From: an uncultured Planctomycetota bacterium
Lineage (GTDB): Bacteria; Planctomycetota; Planctomycetia; Isosphaerales; Isosphaeraceae
Assembly (NCBI GenBank): GCA_963845755.1
Contig: CAWJTV010000011.1
Location: 1,024,001 to 1,088,000, forward strand
Direction of reading: 5' to 3'
Length of the DNA stretch: 64,000 bases
Each line of letters starts with the position of its first letter. Within the stretch, counting starts at the first letter, position 1. The position numbers were made by a program, and so were the translations under genes. Under the pieces are notes generated by a model. The model did not search any database. It had not been told where the DNA came from and saw only the letters and a program-made list of their open reading frames with translations. This document shows, piece after piece, positions 56,242 through 64,000 of this stretch.

Positions 56242-57654
56242 TCAAGCGGGCTCCGGCCTCGGTGACCGGAGCGACACGGCGGATTCCGGGACAAAACCCG
56301 GCGGCCCGGCCACCTGGGGCGGGCTCGCCCCTTCGGCGCGGATGCCGTGGGCGATCTTGTCCTGGAGCGGCGTCACCTTCCACGCGTCCGACTGATGCTG
56401 CCGGATGTAGTCCTCGAGCTCCCCGCGGAACTTGGCGATCGCGTTCTTGATAGGCCAGGCCGCGCCGTCGGCCAGTCCGCAGATCGTGGTCCCCGGCATG
56501 ATACCCATGTTGTTGGCCATGTGGAGCATGATGTCGAGGTCTTCGATCCGTCCACCGCCGGCCTTGATGCGCTTCATCGTCTTGTAGAACCAGCCGGTCC
56601 CTTCGCGGCAGGGGGTGCACTGGCCGCAACTCTCGTGGGCGAAGAAGCGGCAAGTGTTATAGAGGTAATCGACGATGCTGGTCTTGTCGTCGATGACGGT
56701 CACCGCGGCGGTGCCCAGCCCGAGGCAGCCGGGCTTGCGGAGGCTCTCGAAGTCCAGGGGCGTGTCGAGCTCGGCGGCCGAGAGCAGTCCCATGCTGATC
56801 CCGCCCGGGACGGCGGCCTTGGCCGTCCGGCCCTTCCAGACGCCGCCGGCATGCTCGTCGATCAGGGCGCGGCAGGTGATCCCCAGCGGCACCTCGACGC
56901 AGACCTGCTTGTTGACGTGCCCCGAGACACAGTACAGCTTCGGCCCATAGCTCTTGGGCACGCCGATCGTCTTGAACCACGACGCCCCGCGCTCGAGGAT
57001 ATGAGGCACGCAAGCGAGCGTCTCGACGTTGTTGACCACCGTCGGCTTGCGGAACGCCCCCTCGATCGCCGGGAACGGCGGCTTGATCCGCGGCCAGCCG
57101 CGCTTGCCTTCCAGGCTCTCGATCAGCCCGGTCTCCTCGCCGCAGATATACGCCCCGGCCCCGCGGTGGACCCACACATCCAGGTTGAAGCCGGTCCCAT
57201 AAATGTTCTTCCCCAGATGCCCGGCCGCGCGGGCCTCGGCGATCGCCGCCTCGAGTATGCGATATGCTTCGATATATTCGAACCGCAGGTAGATATACGC
57301 CGTTAACGCCTTGGTCGCGAAGCAGGCGATCAGGATGCCCTCGAGGAACTGGTGCGGGTCTTTCTCCATCAGCAGGCGGTTATTGAACGTCGCCGGCTCG
57401 CTCTCGTCCGCGTTGACGCACATGAGCGTCTCCTTCCGATCCTTCGGAAGGAAGCTCCACTTCAACCCGCACGGAAACCCGGCGCCGCCGCGGCCGCGTA
57501 GCTCCGAGTCCTTGACGATATTGAGCACCGCGTCGGGGTCGGTCGCCAGCGCCTTGCGCGACGCCTGATAGCCGCCCCGCGACTCATACACTTTGAGCGT
57601 ATGGCTATCCGGCACGTTCCAGTTGCGGCTCAGGACGGGTTCAAATGCGGCCAA
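56242..57654 (-). CDS. nuoF: NADH-quinone oxidoreductase subunit F
   Basis: LRGRGGAGF, NADESEP, GAGAYICGEETGL, NNVETL, ESCGQCTPCREG; TTG start. Confidence 0.97.
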   Translation of the reverse strand: MAAFEPVLSRNWNVPDSHTLKVYESRGGYQASRKALATDPDAVLNIVKDSELRGRGGAGFPCGLKWSFLPKDRKETLMCVNADESEPATFNNRLLMEKDPHQFLEGILIACFATKALTAYIYLRFEYIEAYRILEAAIAEARAAGHLGKNIYGTGFNLDVWVHRGAGAYICGEETGLIESLEGKRGWPRIKPPFPAIEGAFRKPTVVNNVETLACVPHILERGASWFKTIGVPKSYGPKLYCVSGHVNKQVCVEVPLGITCRALIDEHAGGVWKGRTAKAAVPGGISMGLLSAAELDTPLDFESLRKPGCLGLGTAAVTVIDDKTSIVDYLYNTCRFFAHESCGQCTPCREGTGWFYKTMKRIKAGGGRIEDLDIMLHMANNMGIMPGTTICGLADGAAWPIKNAIAKFRGELEDYIRQHQSDAWKVTPLQDKIAHGIRAEGASPPQVAGPPGFVPESAVSLRSPRPEPA

Positions 57655-57668
57655 GGTTGAGTCCTTAC

Positions 57669-57727
57669 GTAGATCAGGCTTTCCAGCCTGACTTCCGGTT
57701 CCCGTCAGGCTGGAAAGCCTGACCTAC
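57669..57727. repeat. GTAG-REP doublet, family A
   Basis: GTAGATCAGGCTTTCCAGCCTGAC ... GTCAGGCTGGAAAGCCTGACCTAC. Confidence 0.88.
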
Positions 57728-58233
57728 GAGGTCATGTCCCGGCGCCCGCGTTTCAGCTCTTCCATCATCGAATCGACCTTATCCTCATCAAGCGGCCCAT
57801 AGACGCGCCCGTCGTTGACCAGGGCGGCCGGCGCGAAGTCGCAGACGCCCAGGCATTCGGCGAACTCGACGGTCAGCTTGCCGTCGGGGGTCGTCTGGCC
57901 GGGCTCGATCGCCAGGCGGTGGCACGCGTGCTCCAACAGCTCATCCCCGCCGCGGAGCATGCACGACAACGAGCGGCAGATCCAGACCCGCACGTCACCG
58001 ATCGGCGCCTGCGGGAAGAACCCGTAGAAGCTCATCGTGTCGTGCACCTCGGCCGGCGTGATCTCCAGCAGGTCGGCGATCTCCACCATCGCCTGGTACG
58101 GCACGCACCGCAGGTGTTCCTGCACGATATGCAGGGCCGGCAGCGTGACCGCCCGCTTGCTGGGATAGCGCGGAATCAGCGATCGGATCTTCTCCGTCAT
58201 CGCTTCGCTCAGAATCTTGTGATCGTTAGTCAT
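57724..58233 (-). CDS. nuoE: NADH-quinone oxidoreductase subunit E
   Basis: CRSLSCMLRG, ECLGVCDFAP (2Fe-2S N1a). Confidence 0.95.
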   Translation of the reverse strand: MTNDHKILSEAMTEKIRSLIPRYPSKRAVTLPALHIVQEHLRCVPYQAMVEIADLLEITPAEVHDTMSFYGFFPQAPIGDVRVWICRSLSCMLRGGDELLEHACHRLAIEPGQTTPDGKLTVEFAECLGVCDFAPAALVNDGRVYGPLDEDKVDSMMEELKRGRRDMTS

Positions 58234-58247
58234 TTGTGGTTAACCGT

Positions 58248-58445
58248 GCCCCGTAGGGGCCGCAACAAATCAGCCCGGGGCAACGCCCCGGGGACCGAAG
58301 TCTCCCTACAAAAAAGCCCTGAAAGGGCGGCACATGTGAAGCTCCATGGCCCGGTTTGTGTCGCCCTTTCAGGGCTCGGCTTGAGGTGCTCGACGGAGTC
58401 CCCGGGGCGTTGCCCCGGGCTGATTTGTTCTGGCCCCTTCGGGGC
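58248..58445. mobile_element. About 200-bp nested palindromic MITE-like element
   Basis: Long arms GCCCC..ACAAATCAGCCCGGGGCAACGCCCCGGGGAC / GTCCCCGGGGCGTTGCCCCGGGCTGATTTGT..GGGGC; inner arms AGCCCTGAAAGGGCG / CGCCCTTTCAGGGCT. Confidence 0.75.
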
Positions 58446-58540
58446 AAGGATCCGCCGCAACCACTCTCCTCATTACAGGCTCAGCTTCCCTATTGCGAAG
58501 ATTCATTTGGCCCCTTCTCTCCGGCCACGGGTACTCGAGG

Positions 58541-59762
58541 TCAGCGGTCCAGTTCCGCCGCGATGATATTGAGGCTCCCCAGCACCGCCACCACGTCTGC
58601 GAGCAGAAGATCCTTGATCATCAGGGGAAACACGGAAAAATGGATGAACGACGGCGGCCGGGTGCGGACGCGCCAGGCGGCCTGGCTGCCGTCAGCAACG
58701 AGGTAGTAGCCGAGCTCCCCGTTGGGCGCCTCGACGGCCGCGTAGACCTCGTCGCGCGGGGATTCGAAGCCGCGGTTGGGCATGATCAGCTCGAAGTGCT
58801 GGATCAGGCCCTTCCATGCTGTTGTACGTCGTCAGCTTGTCCGGCAGCGGGAACTTCTCGGCGATCGGCACGTTGACCGGCCCGGCCGGCAGGCGCTGGA
58901 CCGCTTGCTGGATGAGGCGATAGCTCTGCCGCATCTCCTCCATCCGGACGATGAACCGCGCCCAGCAGTCCCCCTCCTCGGAATACGGCACCTCGAAGTC
59001 GAGCTCGGGGTAGACGAGATACGGCACATCCTTGCGCAGGTCATAGGTGACGCCGCTGGCCCGGGCGATCGGGCCCGAGCAGGAATGGGCGATCGCGTCG
59101 GCCTTGCTGAGGACGCCCACCCCGCGCACCCGGTCCAGGAAGATCCGGTTGCGGAACAGCAGCTTCTCCATGTCCGCATAGACCTTGGGAAAGCTGTCCA
59201 GCACGAACTGGATCCGGTTGAGGACGCGGTCGTCGAAGTCGTAGAGCAGGCCGCCGACCCGGGTGTAACCGGGATGGAACCGATAGCCCGACATCTCTTC
59301 GTAGACGTCGTAGATCAGCTCCCGCAGGTTGAACGCGAACAAGAACGCGGTGAATGCGCCGAGATCCAGCGCGGCGGCTCCCGTGCAGAGCAAATGGTCG
59401 CTCATCCGCGCCAGCTCGGAAATGATCACCCGGATATACTGGCAACGCGGCGTCAGCTCGATGCCCATCAGTTTCTCGACCGCGTGATGCCAGGCCACCT
59501 CGTTCATCGGGGGGCTGATGTAGTTCTTGCGGTCTACAATCGTCACGTACTGGTTATAGGTCAGATGCTCGCCCAGCTTCTCGAACCCCGAGTGCAGGTA
59601 GCCGATGTCCGGCGTCGCCTTGACGATCCGCTCGCCGTCCAGCTCCAGGATCAGCCGCAGGGTTGTGTGGGTGGCGGGATGCTGAGGGCCGAAGTTGAGG
59701 GTCCACGTCGTTTGCTTCGTGTCGGTTTGCAGCTCCGGTTCGTCGAGTAACTGGGCGGACAT
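58541..59762 (-). CDS. nuoD: NADH-quinone oxidoreductase subunit D, frameshifted
   Basis: NFGPQHPATH, IGYLHSGFEK, EAPNGELG, AELDR; frame switch near 58810. Confidence 0.95.
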
Positions 59763-59818
59763 CGAGTCATCCTGTCTCATTCAGGGGCGGGAATGGGATT
59801 CCGCGGCGGTCCTTCGGG

Positions 59819-60361
59819 TCAGGATTCGCTTCGGGTTAGTCGCGGGAAGTTATGACGCTCGCCGCGCCCGCGCAGCGGGTAGTCTTTTCGGAGCGGATAT
59901 GCGGTGAACTCCTCGGGCATGAGGATGCGCCGCAGGTCGGGATGGCCGCTGAACCGGATCCCGAACATATCGAAGACCTCGCGCTCCAGCCAGTCGGCGC
60001 CGGGCCAAAGCGGGACGGCCGAGGGGAGCGTCGGGTCCGGGTCGTCGACGCCGGCCTTGACCACCAGGCACTCGGACGTCTCGAGGTTCCGGAGCACGTA
60101 ATGGACCTCGAACCGGGCCCGCGTCCGGCCCGGATAGCCCAGGTAATCGGTGGCCCCCAGCTCGGCGAGCATGTTGAACCCGCACCGATCCTTCAGGACG
60201 GTCAACAGGTTGTTCAGCCGCGAAGGCGGCACGAACAGCCGTAGGTTATCGCGGAACCGCGACAGGCTGAACACACCATCGCCCAGGGCCCGCGCCAGGG
60301 TGGCCAGGGTCGTCGCGTGCGGGTCGATGGTGGCTGCGGCGGTTTGTGTCGTGGTGCTCAT
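59819..60361 (-). CDS. nuoC: NADH-quinone oxidoreductase subunit C
   Basis: [33 protein letters not shown]. Confidence 0.96.
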   Translation of the reverse strand: MSTTTQTAAATIDPHATTLATLARALGDGVFSLSRFRDNLRLFVPPSRLNNLLTVLKDRCGFNMLAELGATDYLGYPGRTRARFEVHYVLRNLETSECLVVKAGVDDPDPTLPSAVPLWPGADWLEREVFDMFGIRFSGHPDLRRILMPEEFTAYPLRKDYPLRGRGERHNFPRLTRSES

Positions 60362-60364
60362 GGG

Positions 60365-60476
60365 GTAGTAGTCAGTGGGCAGTAGGCAGAATTCAGTAGT
60401 CAGTATTCAGGCAGTATGAAATAGACAGTGGGTAGTTAAGAGCATTCCTTGCTGACAACTGAATACTGACTACTGC

Positions 60477-60478
<2 letters not shown>
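60365..60478. repeat. Degenerate CAGTAGT/GGCAGTA heptamer repeats with an inverted block
   Basis: agtagtcagtattcag pairs with ctgaatactgactact; low-GC spacer between nuoB and nuoC. Confidence 0.7.
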
Positions 60479-61177
<699 letters not shown>

Positions 61178-61187
<10 letters not shown>

Positions 61188-61600
61188 TCGAAGACCCCTT
61201 TCTTCCAGGCATAGGCGAACGCCGCGGCCAGGATCACGATGAACAGCACGATTTCCCAGAAGACCCAGTTCCGGAATTCCCGGGGGATTCCGGCCACCAG
61301 GCCCGGCGCCGACGCGACCGTTGACGCCAGTCCCGGGTCCGCGCTCCACTGCGCCACGGCCCATGGATACAAGAACAACAACTCGACATCAAACAGCAAG
61401 AAGACGATGGCGACCAGGTAGTACCGCACATCGAACCGCTGCCGTGCGTCGCCGATCGGGTCCATGCCCGACTCGTACGGCATCTGCTTCACCCCGGTCG
61501 ACTTCCGCGGGCCCAGCATCGCGCTGGCAATCAGCATGCTCGCCGCGATCAGGACCGCCACGATCAAGAAAACGAAGATCGGCGTGTATTCCGTGCCCAT
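61178..61600 (-). CDS. nuoA: NADH-quinone oxidoreductase subunit A
   Basis: [30 protein letters not shown]. Confidence 0.96.
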
Positions 61601-61631
61601 GGATCAAGGCCCTTGGCCAGCCGGGACCCCT

Positions 61632-61649
61632 TTGTGAAGGGTTTCACAA
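61632..61649. promoter_or_regulatory. Rex operator upstream of nuoA
   Basis: TTGTGAA-GGGT-TTCACAA, a perfect match to the Rex consensus TTGTGAA-N4-TTCACAA, about 30 bp from the nuoA ATG. Confidence 0.85.
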
Positions 61650-61960
61650 AGTCGGGTCCAAAAAAATCCTGGCGTGCGCCGGGATTGTCTCGGCGAGATC
61701 AGAAACTAGGTGGGTGGAGTCGAGCGGTCAGGAGCCGTGAGGCTCGGACGTCGGGGAGTTGGTCCGATCTGATCCGAACCGCGGGCTGCGCGAGGCTCGA
61801 GAATGCCGCGCCACGTGTGACCCATTGTAAGGATCAAAAAACGAGCGTCAACGAGCTACAGAAAAAAGGCTGAAAGCGGGAGACGGTCGCCAGAGGACCG
61901 GGTTCCCCTCAAGAGGGAGTGGCTCATGGGCCAATATGCGTGGCCGCTGCCGCGATCTGA

Positions 61961-62033
61961 TACGAGCCCGACGCGCCAGCGAGTGGATTCCGGCGGGGAC
62001 CATCCATTCACTCGATGGCGCGTCGGGCTTGTA
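61961..62033. repeat. Inverted-repeat element with 25-bp arms, bounded by TA
   Basis: TACGAGCCCGACGCGCCAGCGAGTG ... CACTCGATGGCGCGTCGGGCTTGTA. Confidence 0.78.
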
Positions 62034-62221
62034 GGAACGGAGTTCACCGATCTCGGCCCATGAGCCAAGGGAGTATCGGTGGGCACAGGGGATTCTCGTT
62101 CTCGCGTGGGAACGAGATTACCCGGTGTCCTCGCTACCGTGTCCAAGACGGAAGGCCGAAGACGGAATAGGACGGGAAAGGAATCCGCGTTTCTTCGTTT
62201 CGTTTACTCAGGCTTCGTCCG

Positions 62222-63078
62222 TCAGTTGGACGGTGGCGAGGAAGTCGAGGGCTGGCGGGTCCGTCGACTCCGTGGCAGGGTCATCGGGTCCGGCATCAAT
62301 GAGTCGCGATCATCCATGCTGCCGGCCCGATCCAGGACGCGGCTGGGACTACTGCGTGGACGTGCACTTGTCCGCGAGGAACCGGTCGCCGGGATCGGGG
62401 GTGCCGGTCGGGAGGAAGTCCCGCGTCCTCGGGCTGGGCTGGCGTCCCGATTCTGCGCGGCGGCTGGTTCTCAGCGGGCATTCGGGATCCCCGAAGGGAT
62501 GCCGATCCACGGCGGATTCCGGCGGCCGAACCCAGGACCTGACTCGGCGAGGGGGCCCGGGAGTTGATCACGCGGTCGGATTCCCGGCGCACCTGCCGGT
62601 ACTCGCTCAGCAGCGTAGTACGCTTCCTGGGATCGCGTTCCGATAAATAGGCGAAATAGGTGTCGGCGACCTGCCGCTGGGTCTCTTCAAACGTCGGTGT
62701 GGTCCTGGCGTTGGGCTGATACGCCCGGAACTCGCCCCCGCCCCAGGATGGGTTGACCGCGGATCGATAGTAGGGCGTCCCGATGCCGGCCCGGTCGGTG
62801 ACGTTTCGCCCCGGCCCCGGCCCCGCGATCGCCTCCAGGTATTGCTGAAACTGATTCGCCCCTCGGCCCGAGCGCATCCACGGGTCGCTGCCGCCGCCCA
62901 TGGGATCGGCCGGTCCCATCGGCGTGACATAGGGAGCGTATTGACGATTGTAGGGCTGGAACGGGTCCGGGCCGAAACCCGTCTGGGCGCGGGACGTCGG
63001 CGCGATCACGATTGCCAGCACGAACGCCGCCGCCCCGATGCCACAACCACCGAGCCGGCTTCCACGTTGCGATGTCAT
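62222..63078 (-). CDS. Hypothetical exported protein, probable 3' frameshift
   Basis: Signal-like AAAFVLAIVIAPTSRAQ; YYRSAVNP..YQPN..YFAYLSERDP; low-complexity tail. Confidence 0.55.
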
Positions 63079-63783
63079 CTTCGGCCTCCCGGACGATCCG
63101 CGAGCCGATTGTGTCCCGGCCGGCGGCGGGAATGCCCCGGCGGAGACGCAACGAGCGACGCAGTTCAGAAATCCACGCGCGATCGACGCTCCTACCTGAT
63201 GAGGCTTTGAGCCCGGTCCGAGCCGCAATCCCCGTGCCGCGTCGCGTCGCGAACCACCTCCGCGCGGCGCGGTCGTCGATCGCCGATCCCGGAAGCTCGA
63301 AACCTCAACCACCATTGTAACCATTCAGATCGACCGAAACCACTGGGCAATTCCGGTTGTTCCGTCGGCCACCCCGATCCGGACTGCCGAGACGCCCGGA
63401 CATGCGGATTGCGCGGGGACTCCCGGTCTGGCCGGTCCCGGCGCGGCGGGACCGCACGCCGAGGCGCCGTGCCTACCGGCTTGAAAACGGCGATACAAAG
63501 TGGTATCGGATCAAAGGGAACGAGAATCATTCGGCGTGTCGATGGCGAACGCGCGGACGCCGGTGAAGGAATTGGCCCCGGAAACGACGCAGTCGGCGTC
63601 GAAGGCGATGCCGGTCACGGGGCGTTTCCGAGTGCACTCGGCCGCGGGATCCTGGAGTTTCTGGGAGCGGCGGAGGGCAGCGAGGCTGCAAGCCACCATC
63701 TCGATGCGGCGTCCCGGGTGTTGACACCACGAGGACGGAACCGGCCGCCCGACCTCTCGAGATACCTCATGAGTATGCCTGTA

Positions 63784-64000
63784 ATGTCCGCTGATGACAC
63801 GCGTTCCAGACTGCTTGTGCGGGTCAAGAACAACGAGCCCGACGCCTGGCTGAAGCTTGTCAAATGGATCGGCCCGTTCATCGTGCGCCGGTGCCGACGA
63901 GCCGGACTCCAGGCGGCCGACGTCGAGGACGTCTCTCAACAGGTCCTCCAGAACATCTGGACGCACCTGGCCTCCTTCCGCAAGGAGGAACCCGGGCACT
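63784..64000 (+). CDS. ECF sigma factor, partial (runs off the window)
   Basis: MSADDTRSRLLVRVKNNEPDAWLKLVKWIGPFIVRRCRRAGLQAADVEDVSQQVLQNIW (sigma region 2); not in the ORF track. Confidence 0.8.
   Translation, partial: MSADDTRSRLLVRVKNNEPDAWLKLVKWIGPFIVRRCRRAGLQAADVEDVSQQVLQNIWTHLASFRKEEPGH

Noticed and set aside
48699..59762. Pseudogenisation or programmed frameshifting of nuoD, nuoJ and nuoL
   Set aside because: The operon is complete and conserved, no shared slippery motif was seen, and the same breaks occur window-wide, so sequencing error is more likely
62094..62118. GCGTGGGAACG repeat shared with 12078..12103
   Set aside because: Too short and degenerate to define an element from two copies
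63100..63780. Possible ncRNA or riboswitch upstream of the terminal ECF gene
   Set aside because: No recognisable conserved motif or convincing structure by eye

Overview
High-GC bacterial DNA, most likely from a planctomycete (Isosphaeraceae-like). This is inferred from an 'ESLExRxLLS' exported-protein motif, ECF sigma factors with long extensions, a TPR Ser/Thr kinase and expanded Uma2 genes. The left 45 kb is accessory or variable. It holds an ABC-type ATPase plus DUF4276-like pair, envelope and sugar genes (YfhO-like, rhamnulokinase, GH39, GH5-like, polysaccharide deacetylase, GNAT, GT-C, flippase), and an ECF sigma factor fused to a thioredoxin domain. It also holds a membrane P-loop/pentapeptide protein, three Uma2 paralogs with near-constant ends and a divergent core, a TA antitoxin followed by a PIN/ECF-sigma chimera, peptidases, a beta-propeller di-heme cytochrome c protein and parDE. 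The right part is a complete 14-gene nuoA-N operon on the minus strand. It is preceded by a perfect Rex operator, and most of its intergenic gaps hold a different REP/MITE-like or heptamer repeat. About 20 genes, including nuoD, nuoJ and nuoL, are split by apparent single-base frameshifts, most likely long-read consensus errors; such genes are reported here as joined. No rRNA, tRNA, CRISPR array, transposase or reverse transcriptase was seen. All family assignments come from motifs read by eye, not from database searches.
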